A DNA stretch of 64,000 bases, taken from assembly GCA_001179505.1 (NCBI GenBank), contig CDMY01001019.1, positions 162,888 to 226,887 of the forward strand, given 5' to 3'. Of this stretch, positions 36,648-50,599 are shown in pieces (positions within the stretch are counted from its first letter, which is position 1; every line of letters begins with the position of its first letter). Made by a program: the position numbers and the translations under genes. Origin of the DNA: Vitrella brassicaformis CCMP3155. Lineage: Eukaryota > Protista > Chromerida. The notes beneath the pieces are model-generated. The model made no database searches. It was given only the letters and a program-made list of their open reading frames with translations, and was not told the DNA's origin.

Positions 36648-37116
36648 CCGAATGCGTGTGCATGGCTGGACGAACCACTCATACATGAATAGAGGGACAG
36701 AAGCGAATCAATCCACTGATCCGTCCCACATACATGAAGCACGTGCATGTACACACGAATGCACACACACACACACACACAGAGTCAGTGACTCACCATC
36801 CAATCGTCTGGCAACCAAAACAGCAGTACACTCACTCACAGCTCCCTCTCGAGCAATCGGCAGTGATTCGGTGGACGTGCTCCATGTGTGCGTGGGGGGT
36901 ACGTCTGTGAATTTCAGAGTGTCTCTTGTACATCAAATCACATCCATCCATCCATCCATATGCATTTCCATCCAGTCAATCATCCCGTCATGCCGCGATT
37001 GGACGCTCTTATGCTACACATACGCACACACAACACACACACACACACACACGTAGACTTGTATCGCATTACAGCGCCTTATCGCGGCCGCGAAAGCCCA
37101 GTGCAGCTACAATCAG

Positions 37117-40100
37117 TCACACGCACTGGGCTTCGGTGTCGTCTGTCTTGACGTCATGACCACCACCACCACACGATGCAGCGTCCTCCGATGTCTTTCG
37201 GCGGCTCTCCTTTGCTTTGTATGAGCGATACATGCCTGAACGTGGTGCAGATATACATACATACATACATACATCCCTACCTACGTACACGCGTAGCTTC
37301 CCTCCCTCTCCCTCTGTGTATGTGTATGTCTTTTTGCCTCTGATTTGTGCGATGGCTTCATGCGCGAGGGCCTCCGTCTGAAACTCCAACGTCATCAGTG
37401 GCTTGCTCTGACCACCCACCCATTCATTAATGCATGCATGGATACATTCGTTCACAGGCACACATGCGCACAGAACCACCCAGCCATGAAACTTGCATAA
37501 TGACGTCTGTCTGTCTCTCTTGTGTCTGTCAACCTTTGTACCTGCAGCTGGTTGAAGTAGAAGAAGAGCACTCGAGGGCTGCTCTTCTTGGAGGTGATTT
37601 TGAGCACGTCCTTCAGCCAAAAGTGGGCGTGAACCAACACACTCTCGCCCTCGCACTCAGCCCCACCACCGCTACCACCATCTCCATCGCCAGCAGCACC
37701 AGGGGCGCCCGGCTCGCCAGCCTCACCGGAGTCATCACCACTGCCACTCCTCTCATCTGCCTCCCCAGAGGTCTCATCGTCGTGTGGCTTGGCGCCCTTT
37801 GGATCGGACACGCATAGGATTTCCAGAGGGGTCACTGCTAGAGTGCACGGCCCCCTATCCGGCACGTAGTAATAGAGCTGCGGGGATGGGGCTGGGGAGG
37901 TGCCATCTGCCGCTGGTGCGGGTGCTCGTGGTGGTGGTGACGTCTTGGCTGCATCGTTGGGAGGGCCGTCTGCTGGAGGTGCTGACGTCGGCTCGTCAGT
38001 GCGGGTGTCGTCCATGATGTAGACGAGTACATCAATGCGGCAAGGGAACAGCCGGGCGCCGCTCTTCTTCATGCTCTGCAGAAGACCCCACTCCAGCCGC
38101 GTCACGTCGAGCCCTGGTGGCGGCTCCAGACTTGCCTCAGCATGCATGTTCCTCTTGCCGTGATGGGGCTCCCGCCTCTCGGCGTGGTGGTGATGGTGCC
38201 GTTGCGGCCTCCCCGCCCCCTCCCCCGCCCTCTCACTTGTCTCTGCCCCCGACACGGACGAAGACGCCTCGGACGCCGAAGCTGCTGCAGCTGCTGACAG
38301 GAAGGCTTGTGATTGTGCGGACTGGAGGCTTGACCTCACGCGCTTCTGTGCGGCGGTCCATATGTTGGAGACAAACGATGTGACGGCGGCCGAGGGCGGG
38401 GGAAAGGGCGCCGAGCCCTTCGCGTCGGACAGGGAGAGGTTCTCCCACGGATCGGCGTCCTCCAGCGGCGAAATGGGCGACGGGGGCTGCTCGGAAGGGG
38501 GAGATGGGATCCTGAAGGACACATGAGTGAATCCAGCAATCAAGACATTTGGACATACGAGCAGGGAGGCAGTGGGTGTGAGGTACGGGGACTAGGGGGT
38601 CCAGCCGAGTCGCTTTCTGTCTGTGTCCAGTGTTTCGTTACGTACGGAGTGCGGAATGGGTGGAGTGCAGGGGAGCTGGGCGCCTGTGCCAGGATGGCCC
38701 GCGGGGGCTTGTAGTTGGGGCTGCACACGTGGCACTCGAAGGTTCGGTGGTCGACCAGGTCCAGCCCGCCCTTGAGGGCCATCGCGTGGCAGTCCTTGTA
38801 ACCGCCCTTGGCTATGCTCACGTACCTGCCACATACAAATACAGACAACACCATTAGCGCCTCTGTGCCTGTGTGCCTCTGGGGCTTCTCTGGTCAACAG
38901 CTCAGCTACCTCATTTTCATGTCTGAGGTGAGGAAGTTGTAGTACCGCAGTGCGTCCCTGTGGGTGTCGTCCGACGAGCTCAGCAGACAGATGTGGTGCA
39001 TGGGGGCCATGCACGACTCCCTCTCCCTCTCGCGCCGCATGGCACCACCCCGCTTGCCTCCCAGTGCCGGCTCAGACCGCCCGCTGCCCTTTGCCTTGGT
39101 GGTGGCACTCCCGTCGTCGGTCGCCCTGCGGCCGCTGGGGCTCCACTCGTCCCCGTCTCCAGCCATGCGGTCGAGGGCATGCGGCTCCCTGTTACCAGTA
39201 ATGAGGGAGGGGTCGACAGATTTGCTTCGGATGGGCGAGGAGCCATCCGACGAGAGCGGGTGCGGCGGACAGAGCGTCTTGTCTCTCTCCATCTCTCGGT
39301 CTCGATCTCTTGAGCGATGTGTGTGCTCGATCTGCTGGTGGTCGTGGTCGTGGTGGTAAGGGTGTGCTCTTGGTGATGACCCGTCAGCGTCTGGTACGGG
39401 GGAACCCTCGCCCTCAGGCTCAGCATCTTCACCATAAGCATCACAGGCGCTAGTGTCGTTCTCATTGTCTTGATTTCCTTGTGTGTAGTATCTGTCAGCG
39501 GCGTGTGTGGAGTCGAAGTTCTCGGGGCACAGGGTGAGCAGCTGATCCTGCCAGTCGCCTCGACGGTCGACGTGAATGGCCAGGGGCAGATGGCCCGCAT
39601 CGAACTGCCACCTGCATTCATCCAATCCACACACACACACAGAGAAGAGAGAGGCGTGGGAGCACTGCTTGGTGGCAATCTTCGCGTGTTTGTTTGTTTG
39701 TTTGTTTGCTTGCTTGCCTGGGTCGTATGTCGAGGAGCAGCAGCTTCCACGAGAAGTTGGGGCCTTTCAGCCCATAACAGTGGCTGCACAACACAACCGA
39801 CCAAGTTGCACGAAATGCGTGGCCTGAGGTATCGTATCTTGCCTGAGTATTTCAGCCGGGAGGAGGTGGAATGCGCCCTCCCGCTCGAGCTGATCCAAAT
39901 GGGGCGGCCGGAAGATTTGACCGCTCTGATTGAACCACAGACAGACAGGCACACAGGTGTGTTTGTCGTGTCAGTGTGTCAGTCAGGAGGGTTCGTCTGC
40001 CTGTCAGTCAGTTGCCGCACGCACCTGCGATGTGGCTGAGAGTCTGTGTGCGAATGAGGTGGGAGTGTTCTTCTTGAGCTCCTCTGCTGTACGCCACACC

Positions 40101-41826
40101 TGTGCACAACACAACACACCAGAAGCGCAACGACCCATACATGGAGTGTGTACGTCCCTCCCTCCCTCCCTACCAACCAACCTGCTCGAGGTCTTGATAG
40201 CTCTCGACAGTGATTCGGGTGAGTGTCTCGGGCAGCTGCGACTCGTCCGTGTCGAAGAGAGCCCGCCGCCGCTTCAGAATCAGAGCCAGGCCAAGAAAAC
40301 AAAAGAAGAAGCGGTCGTCCTGCACACAACACAACACAACACAACACAACCGACCAACCAACCAACCATGGGTCTGGTGCTATGTGGTTTGCGTCATCGC
40401 CTCACTCAGTCAGTCACCTCTGCTATGTATCTGTCCCAGAGGGCCATGAGTGCGTCCATGGGTGTCTTGGACGAGAAGACGGTGAGGAACCAGGGAGTCA
40501 CATACAGCTCAGGCGTCACCTCATACCGATCTGCATCCATCGAGACACCAGTGAACCAACCAACCGAGACGCGGTCGATGAGTCCACAGAAAGAAGTCAG
40601 AACGGTCATTTGTGGGCTGCCTGAGTGAGTGACTGACTGGCGGACTGACCGAGGTATGTGGCCAGTGTGGGGTCGTGGTATCGCAGAAGGTGATGGAAGA
40701 GGTGGAAGGAGCACTGCAGAGAGATGAAGTCGTCGTCGGAAAATGCTGTCGGCAAATACCTATCACCACACATACGTATACGCGTTGCAACGCTGTCTGC
40801 CTGTAAGTGACTGACGTCGTAGCTTTGGCTGACCTGGACACGAACGCCTGGAAGCAGACGAATGCCTCAGCGCTGTCGAAGGTCGGGTCGCCCTCTCGCA
40901 AGTAAATGAACGGAGCTGCACACCGCCGAGACAGGCACACAGACGGCGTGTTGGCTGGCCGCTTCATTGCTTGTCAGTCAGTCAGTCAGTCAGTCAGTCG
41001 GTCAGTGAAGCATACAAATTCACACCCACCCACCCACCCACTCACCCACCGAGCACTTCGTTGAGGCCCTGCTTGTACCGCAGCCCTCGACCTGAACAGT
41101 GAATAAACCAAACACCACAATACACCACACCACACGGCATGCAACCAACGGAATCCAGCCCGGCCCGAGTGAGCTGAGCGACAGACACATCTGGGCAGGG
41201 CAGCCATTCACTCACTTTTGCAGTAGAATGTCAGCAGTGCCTCCATCTCAGCGCGAATCGCGTCGCTCTGGAAAAAAGCAAGACCGGCCTGACATCGATC
41301 AGCACGACAAACACAGGTTCCACAGATGCGGACCGAGTGCGTGCATGTTGCGCTCTTCTGCCCTGTTCTGCCCTGTTCTGCTCTGTTGCTCACCCTCGTT
41401 CTGTCCACATCACCTCGGATCACCCGCTGCACAGACAGTCAACCAATCACATTGGACTGACCGATACCGACTGAGCGAGCACCCGGGTGGTGTGTGTGTT
41501 GTGTGTTTGATCCGTGCCGTCATCTCACTCACTGCCTCGCTGGCTGGCAGACTGACCTGGTTGGTCTCATCGAGCTGCGTGTTTTGCAGCCACTTATGGA
41601 CCTCCTCCATGGTGTTTGCGGTCTCGGCGGCCCGCTGGGGGTCCATCAGCAGTGCCCGCCACACCCTGGCACGCAACCTCGGCGGGACCCCGTCCCGGCT
41701 GCTGTGGATGCACTCCCGCACCTTCATGTCGTCCACAAACTCCGTGTTGCCCAACAAGCGCTCCAGCTCGCTCTCGCACATAGACGACCCAGCAGCACCA
41801 CCAGCACTTGCGCTTGCCTCCTCCAT
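37117..41826 (-). CDS. TBC1D23: TBC1D23-like protein: TBC (Rab-GAP) + rhodanese-like + C-terminal PH-like domain
   Basis: GVPPRLRARVWRALL, VIRGDVDRTR, YKQGLNEVL, LLRYHDPTLATYL, PELYVTPWFLTVF, LWDRY (TBC); LLLDIRPRWQFDAGHLPLAIH, YVSIAKGGY (rhodanese); LKDVLKITSKKSSPRVLFFYF (TBC1D23 C-terminal). Confidence 0.85.
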
Positions 41827-42327
41827 CCTCGACTTTTATATTTGTCCTGAGCGCCACTGCCCGAGGATCTCCGAGGATCTGACGCTAGAGCTCACTGATG
41901 CTCTGTGTGCTTGTCCCCATCAGCAGCTCGTGCACGATGAGGCGTAAGATCCTGAGCGACAGTGTGATTCCTGACCATAAGGACTCCTCCATTCTCTTCC
42001 CTCCCTCCCTCTTAAGCTCGCAAACGCATCTGCGAGCTTAGGCAGGGGAAGGGAAAGAAAGAGATGTCGAGTTGCTGCAATCTGCGCCCAGGACACTTGG
42101 AAAGCTTCCGCATCAGCGCGACCGTGATTATGTGACGCTCGCTCAGGAAGTCCATCGCCAATCAATAAAACCATCATCGGCCTGGTAAGCGGCCTCTTCA
42201 TTCCATTCGGCGGCGTTCCTGTCGGCCAGGCTGCGCCCGTGATTTGATTCACTTGTGTTTGTTTTGTAGGTGACTCTTAGGGCGGAGAAAGAGAGAGATT
42301 CGGTTTGGCTTGTCGAGGCGAGGCAAG

Positions 42328-45300
42328 ATGGTGAAGTCGCGGATGAGAGCCGTCGATGTGAGGGCGATGGTGAGTGAGAACACACACGTGCGCGTGATGG
42401 ATAACTGATTGTTGTGTGTGTTTGTGTTTGTGCTGCCACACACATTGCACAGGTGTCGACCATCCGTCCTCAGATCAAGGGCCTCCGGCTGGCCAACATC
42501 TACGACATCAACTCCAAGGTACCAACCAGCTAACAAACAAGCAAACACACACACACACACACATGGACACGGTGACAGATGTTTTTCGCCTCTGTCTGTT
42601 CACCTCGTTCATCTGTGCATCGTTGATGTGTCGTGTGTGCAGGTGTATGTGTTGAAGTTTGCACGAGGAGAGACCAAGCACCAGGTGCTGCTGGAGGCCG
42701 GCATCCGGTTCCACATCACCGAGTGGAAACGAGACAAATCGGCCATCCCATCTGGTTATACCATGAAGGTAGAGTAGATCCCGCCCAAACGGGATGGATG
42801 AGTGCGAGTGGATATATCGTTGTGTATGTATGTCAGCTGCGCAAGCATTTGCGTACGCGTCGTCTGGAGGACGTGCGCCAGCTGGGTGCTGACCGTGTGG
42901 TGGACTTCGTGTTCGGCGCGTCGGACGGGTGCTTCCACCTTATTCTGGAGCTGTATGTGTCGGTGAGTCAGGATGGATGACTCGACGGGACAGACACCCA
43001 CACCATTATGTGGAGGGAGGGAGGGAGGGGGAATGGACTTTGCCTCTCTGTCTTCATTGTTTGTCTTGTCTGTGCATCTCTCTATAGGGCAATTTGATTC
43101 TTACTGACCACGAGTACAACATCTTGATTCTGCTGAGTGGGTGAGGGGGGGAATAAAGCCGGTCCAAAGCCACACCCACCAACAAACACATAACATACAT
43201 GGGTCAATCCATGATGGCTGGATGGCTGGCTGGCTGGATGGATGGATGGATGTCAGGGAGCCATACCTACGAGGGGGATATCAAAGTGGCTGTCAAGCAA
43301 AAGGTGGGTGGGTGGGGTGTGGGTGGGCGCATGTAACCAACCGGCTCGCCTTCTGGCCTCTGCCTCAACAAATAAAGGCTCGACCGCCTCCCGCTGTGTG
43401 TGGGTGTGCAGTATCCCGTAGAGCTGGCGGCCAAGACCTCCCTTCTGGCACACTCGCTGGACCCCCACAACCTGACCGCAGACGCACTCGTCCCCAAACT
43501 GCAGGAGGTCAGTCAGGGCATCAGCGGCTGGGGATCTGTGTGTTCTGCATATGGTCCGTACCTCATTGATGTCTGTCAGCTTTTGTCCGCGTCGGAGAGC
43601 CAGCCGGAGGCCGACGAAGAGGCGACGGACAAGAAGAGGAAAAAGAAAGGTGCGTGACGTTGCGTCGTCTCAAGTATATACGCGCCTTGCACGTATGCCG
43701 TGTGTGCATGGGCAGGTCGGAGTGGCGGTGTTGGTGGCGGCGGCATAGCAGTGAAGGAGGCCATAAACCAGCTGGTGCCCTTCGCCGACCCCGTCCTCAT
43801 CCACCACTGCCTCATGCAGACGGGCGTCGGACCCAAGACACTCATAACATCATCACCCGACGACCAGAGCGGCGGCATGGCAGTCCACGACGCGGCCACG
43901 GTACTCGTCAACGCCATCAACGAGGCACTCCTTGTGGTTGGTACACACGCAGACACATTGATACACACATGCATGGACTCACTCATTCACTCCCTGCCCT
44001 TTCTGTGTCACTCGTGGCTGGCTCCCTCCGTTCGTGCAGCTGCGGTCTCTGAGCATTGTGGGTGACGTGGGCGGCCCCGATGAAGGAGAGGAAGAGACCG
44101 AGCGAGACATACCCGGGTGGATCACGTACACCAAGACCAGCATCGGTGGGCAAACAAACAAGCAAGGAAGCGACAAGGGCGACGGACAGGCCATCCATCC
44201 ATGATACACTCTCATGTGTGTATTCTGTGCCATATGCATGCAGCTCCGTCAGCAGAGGCCGCTGCCGCAGCTGGTGCAGACGCCAAAGCGACCGAGGCTG
44301 GCGTCTTCTACGACGAGTTTCTGCCCTTCCTCTTCGCCCAGTACAAAAGCCCATCGGTCCTTGTCAAGGAGTTTTCCCGCTTCGACTTGTGTGTCGACCA
44401 CTTCTTCTCACAAATCGAGTCGCAGAAAGTCGAGAAGGATACCGCACAAAAGACGGCACAGGTACGTATGTAAACAGAGAGACAGACAGACGGCTCGCCG
44501 CACTGCACTCAGTAGATACGGTCCTCACACGTGTGTGTGTCCCTCCCTCCCTCCCTCCCTGTCTGTGAAGGTGTATTCGAAGGTTGACAAGATCCGTGTG
44601 GATCAGCAGCGTCGTGTGGAGCAGCTGGCTGGCGAGCAGGAGCTGTCTGACCGTCAGGCGTCGCTGATAGAGCAGAACACCGACACAGTGGAGCAGGCCA
44701 TCATGCTCATGCGCACCGCACTCGCCACGGGAGTCGACTGGCAGGAACTATGGACGCAAATCAAATACGTACGTACGCAAGTAAACAAGCACATTGCTTC
44801 CCATATTTATATGTATGTATGTGTCAATCGGCCAGGAGCGTCGCAACGGCCACCCTGTGGCTGCCCACTTTCACGCGCTAGAGCTGAGCAAAAACACCAT
44901 CCACCTCCTGCTGGGCGACAACGCAGATGACGTACAAGAGGTATGCATAACACGCACTTGCAGCCAGACAGCCAGACAGCCAGACAGCCAGACAGACAGG
45001 CGGACAGACAGACAGACACCGGAGCTACCATCCTTTCGTCCATTCATCGATTGTTTGATTGTTTGTCAGGACAAGCCCATGTTGGTGGTGCCCATCGACC
45101 TGAGCCTGTCTGCGCACGGCAATGTGCAGCGCCTCCACGCACTTCGGAAGCAGACAAAGGCCAAATTCGAAAAGACGCAGGTGGCAGCAGGTAGGACGAC
45201 ACATGCCACAGCGAGCAGACACGCTCTGATGCGCATCCATGCATATGTGTGTGTGGTCTTGTTCTCTGTCTGTCCGTCTCTCTGGTTGCTATGAGATAGA

Positions 45301-48300
45301 GTCGGCCATCAAGACGGCAGAGAAGAGGGCCAAGCAGGAGATCAAACAGGTGGGCAAAAGCACCCATACGTACCCCACAGCCCACGACGGTCACGTCGTG
45401 CACGCCGTGCAAGCATAGCCACACATGTGCACATGGACGGACGTGTGCTGGGTTCTGGTGTGCAGCAACAAGAAGCGTACCACAAGGCGAGTCTGCAGAG
45501 GCTGCGCAAGACTATGTGGTTCGAGAAACTGCTCATTTGTGTGACTGCCCGCCCTTTTCGTTGTACGAATGCATTTGATGCTCTCTGCTCAGGTTCGAGA
45601 AGTTCTACTGGTTCATCTCGTCCGAAAACTTCCTCATTCTCGCCGGTCGAGACGCAAACCAAAACGAAATACTGTTCAGGAGATACATGCAGAAGGTAGG
45701 TCGGTGCAACGTGTTTGTGTGGCCACTGGTGGCCGTTGGTGGATCGATATGTGTGGTGTGTGTCATGCATGCAGAACGACATCTACGTGCATGCTGACGT
45801 GCATGGTGCTGCCACATGCATCATTAAGAACCCCTCTGGCGAGCCTGTGCCACCCACCACACTGCACGAAGCTGGTAGGTATCCCACCACACCACACACC
45901 ACACGCACTCTCTGAGTGCGTCTGCAGGCCAGATGAGCATCTGCCGCAGCGCTGCATGGGACCAGAAGGTGCTGACGTCAGCATGGTGGGTGAACAGCCA
46001 CCAGGTCTCAAAGACCGCACCCACAGGTACATACACACATACATACATGAGGGCTGGTTCGTATGATGAGCGCAGACAGACATGGGTGTACACATGCCGT
46101 GTGTGTCATGCTATGCTGGTCAGGAGAGTACCTCACACAAGGGGCTTTCATGATCCGGGGCAAGAAGAACTACCTCCCCCCGATGAAACTGGAGATGGGA
46201 CTCACCGTCCTCTTCCAACTCGCTGATGACAGGTACTCATACCCTCACATAGTCGTACCGCCACCCTACCCCACACCCCTGCAGCCCATTCTTTTCATTC
46301 ATCCATTTCCCCCCTCATTCAGCTTTGCGCGTCACGTCGGCGAGCGGTCTGGCCGCCGTGCTGGCGACGATGCCTCGTCTGCGTCTCCGTCCCCGTCTGA
46401 GCACCGCACACCGGCATTGGCGGGAGCATCGGATCAGTTAGGGGGAGAGGAGGAGGACAACGAGTACGACGAGGTCGACCTCGGCGAGAATGGGGACGAA
46501 GACGAGCAAGAGGACGGAAGAGAGCAACAAGACCAGCCAGGCCAAGACCAAGACCAAGGCCAGCCAGATGATGAGGCAGACGAGGAGGATGAGGGGGTGC
46601 CCGAGAGCCAAACCAGCTCTGCACGCATGAGCCGCAAGGGCACCGGCTTCGTGCGGCAGGAGGACGTCCCGCCCATTTCCGACGACGAGGAAGAAGACAA
46701 TGAGGATGAGGAAGAGGACCTGCAGGTCAACATGATTGTCAGGAGCGCGCAGCCTGACGCCGACAGCAACCCCCCAGCAGCAGCAGCAGAGGGGTCACAC
46801 GCCAGCTCACGGGCCGAGTCCATCCAGGACACTCCACGCACAAGGCTGAGGCGCAAACCCACGGGGTTCGTTTCACTTGCCGACCTCAGAAAGAGAGCCG
46901 GTCAGTCTGGGCCTCGCTCGCGAGTATATATACATTTTCCATGGTTCTATCTATCTGTCTGCTTGCTGTGCTGTCACCTGTTCCCTGCATTCGTGCGTGC
47001 AGGTGACGAGGCGGCAGAGGAGGTGATCGAGACGACGCGAGAGGCTGAGCAATCCGGGGATAGGATGACCGACTTCGAGCGATCCGGGGCCAACCCCAAC
47101 GACCCCACGACGCAGGAGATGCTGGAAGACACATCCATATCCACATCTCAGCACGATCGACCGGCCCACCCACCTACTGGCGGACAAAGGCGCCGTGTGT
47201 CGGTATCGGACACACCGCCCGCAATCATCCCAAACCCCGAGCTGCCGGAGATCCACGTCACATGGTCGCCACAAATCCAACGCGTCATCGACCCGCCGAA
47301 GATCGAAAACATCGTAAGCAACATCAAGACAGACAGGCAGCGAGACAGAGAGACTCGAGCGCACATGCCCTCCCACCCCTTTCACCACAATCAATGTACG
47401 TACCTCTTCTCGTGCTGTATGCTGCCATGTCAGCACGTTGAGTTTGACGATCTGCCGCCAGCGATTGTCCCAGATGCGCCTGAAGACCCATTTGTCGTGG
47501 AGGATGACGAGTCCCCCAGCAGCAACAAGGACAGCGAGGCCAATGGCGACGAAGGCGAGGGGGAGAGCGACACCGCAAAGACCGCAGTGCACAAGGCCAA
47601 GATGGCCCGGCGCGCGACAGGCTTCATCCGGAGCGCACCGCCGCCCAGCGACGATGAAGATGAAGATGAAGACGAGGAGGAAGACAAGGGAGATGAGGAG
47701 GGCGAGGAGCTGCCCGACCACATTGAGATCTTACCCCCGACGACCACTACCAAGGATGAGCTGGAGGTCGCGTGTGCGGCTGTGACGACACACCCTGAGG
47801 GCGCTCCGTCGGCGTCACTGACGATTGGCGGCGAGCCCGTCACACCAGCCCCCACACCGGCACTGCAGCCTTCACCCGCATCACAGCAGCCACATGTCGA
47901 CCACCCAGCCGACAGGGTGAGGTCCTGAGGGAGGGAGGGAGGGAGGGAGGGAGATGAAAGGGACGGAGAGAGGATGCGCACACGCACATGACTGGTGCAT
48001 CGTGCTGTGCGTGTGACTGATGCAATGCAGGCGCCCTCTGCCTCGGGCTATGACGATCGCACTTCGGCAGACAAGAGAGGCTCTTCCAGCCGACACGTGC
48101 TGTCGGCCGACTCCAGCCCGGCCCAGCGTGTGCGTCGCTTCAGCAGCCAGCTGTCGGTCTGTAGCTCAGTCGACGGTGGGCCACCACCCGAGGGCTACTC
48201 AAGCAGTGAGGTGCTCAACCCCCGCACCCTGCTCAAGTACCAGTCGAAGGAGCTGGTCGAGGTCAAGGAGCTGCTCGACCAGCGAGAGCCGCCCGTCCCC

Positions 48301-50176
48301 GTCTACGTCCGCATGAGCAGCATCGAAGACGAGCGGGCCAAGGTGCGCAAGAACTCCCTCGACGGTGGACCGGTACCCCCTCGCTTCTCCTCCGACTCGC
48401 TCCCCTCGGCCAAGGAGCTGCTCAGCCGGCCAATCGACATCAGGATCGGGAGCCGACAGAGTGCTGGTGCCGGCGGTGGTGGGGCGAAGGACGGGCGGCC
48501 TCCCCTCCCACCGTTGAAGCGCCACGCCACCGCAGACGCCTCCACATCGTCGGCGATCAAGGGCGGGGGCGTATCGGGGTCGTTCGCAAGGAGGCACGGA
48601 GGTCAGAGGCGACTGTCGGCTGACGGCGGACCTCTCCCTCCAGGGTACTCGCTGAACACTCTGCCGTCGGTCCGACAGCTGCTGTCTCACAGCTCGCTGG
48701 CGCTCATTGAGGAGGAAGAGGGCGGTACCCCAGCCGCGCCATCTCTACCACCGGAGCCAGGTGACGGCGGCCAAGATGACGTTGATGCGCAAGACAGGCA
48801 GCAAGAGGCAGGCGAGGAGGGGGGGGAGGAGGAGGCAGGCAAGAAGCGCCTATCAATCGCGGAGCGGAAGCGGCTCAAGAAGAAGGGCAAGGCAACCGCG
48901 CCCTCCGGAGAGTCATCACCACCGCCGGATGAGCGCCCCTCGTCCACGGAGAGCCTGGAGAAGCCCAGCACCGGTGCCGCTGCTGGTGCCAGTGCGCGCA
49001 GGCCCTCTCCCCCGTCTGATGGTGGTGGCGTGCCGCAGGTGCCTCGTGGTCAGCGGTACAAGCTCAAAAAGATCAAGGACAAGTACGCCGACCAGGATGA
49101 GGAGGAGCGGGAGCTGCGGATGCAGCTCATGGGCAGCAAGGTCGGCCAACCACCCCTCCCCCCTTGTGCCATGATGGATGTGAGTGCGTTGTTGCTGGTC
49201 ATCAGGCGAAGCAGCGCAAGAAGGGCGGCAAGGGGGACAAGGATGCCGATAAGGAGGCTGAAATCAGCAAGGCAGCAGAAGCCAGGGCCAAGCAGGACCA
49301 CTATGCCCGTGAGAAGGAGCGCCAGGAGAAGCGTGAGGTACGCGCGCTGCTGCAGGAGGAGGACGAGGCCGTGCTGGAGCAGCAGATGGCCGAGCGGCTC
49401 TCGGAGATTGATGCACTCACCGGATGCCCCCTAGAACAGGTACATAGCTGGCGGGGCAAGGGCGTGGGATGGCTGGTCCTCATCTGTGCGTCATATTCAG
49501 GATACGGTGCTCTTTGCCATTCCCATGGTGGCCCCCTTCTCGGCAATTCAGGTACGTACGCTGGTACCGTGCCAGCACACACAGGAATGACAAACGCAGA
49601 CTTACTGATTGATGGATCTCTCTCTATCTCCCTCTGTGTGTATGTATGCAGACGTACACATACAAGGCCAAGCTAACCCCGGGCACCGGCAAGAGAGGCA
49701 AGGCCGGTCAGCAGGCAATCAAGGTCTTCATCAACACGGTCGGTCGGGCGGTCGGTGATATCACCTCAGTACAGCTCAGCAAGAATCGACGCTGTCTGTG
49801 CCCCTGTGTGCAGACTGAGCACAAGGCGCACGAGGAACTTATGCGAGCCATCCAGGTGGGCAGGGCGAGCAAATTCCATGCACTCACTGCATATCGCTCC
49901 TTGTGAGCATGCTGTGCTCTGTTGTGTTGCGGCATTCCTTCTGGGTGCAGGCCTCCGAGCTCGCCCAGGCCATGATCGGGAACGTCAAAGTCTATACACC
50001 CGGTAGGTCAGCCGGTCGAGATCGATCGGAGAACGCAACAGTCACTGACTGATTGGTTGCATGAGTCGTACTGGTGTATGTCTATGTGTCCATCAGGTAT
50101 CAACAAGGTCATGCAGGCCGAAAAGAAGGAGAAAAAGAAGGAGAAGAAGAACAGGGGGGGCAAGGGACAACAGTGA
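42328..50176 (+). CDS. NEMF: NEMF/Rqc2 (Tae2, NFACT) ribosome quality-control subunit with very long acidic insertion
   Basis: [136 protein letters not shown]; C-terminal [30 protein letters not shown]. Confidence 0.93.
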
Positions 50177-50599
50177 GTCAGTTTGCGTGTCATGTGGTAG
50201 TGCTATTGGGTGTTGCGTTTCTTTCGCGTGCGTCTTTTCTCCGTACATAAGCTACTGGCGTATGAAAGCCGTTGCTTGGCGTGTGTATCTGTTGGAGGGG
50301 GCTCTTTTGGCCGACAGGAAGTGCATGAATGCTTGCGTGTACGAATGTACGAATGTGACAGCAACACAGGAAGACATGTGCACAGGGTCCCCTCACGCGT
50401 CAGTCGTGCACCATCCGTCATTTGCTTCACATCAGTGCCAACATGGAGGACACACAGAAACAATAGCCCACAAACCGAGATACAAAGCCAACTATAACCG
50501 AATCATATACGTCAAAGCCAACTATTACCCAATTATATACGTTCACACATGTGCCGCATGATGTGCGTGTCTCAATGTGTGTGCACACGCACACATGGT

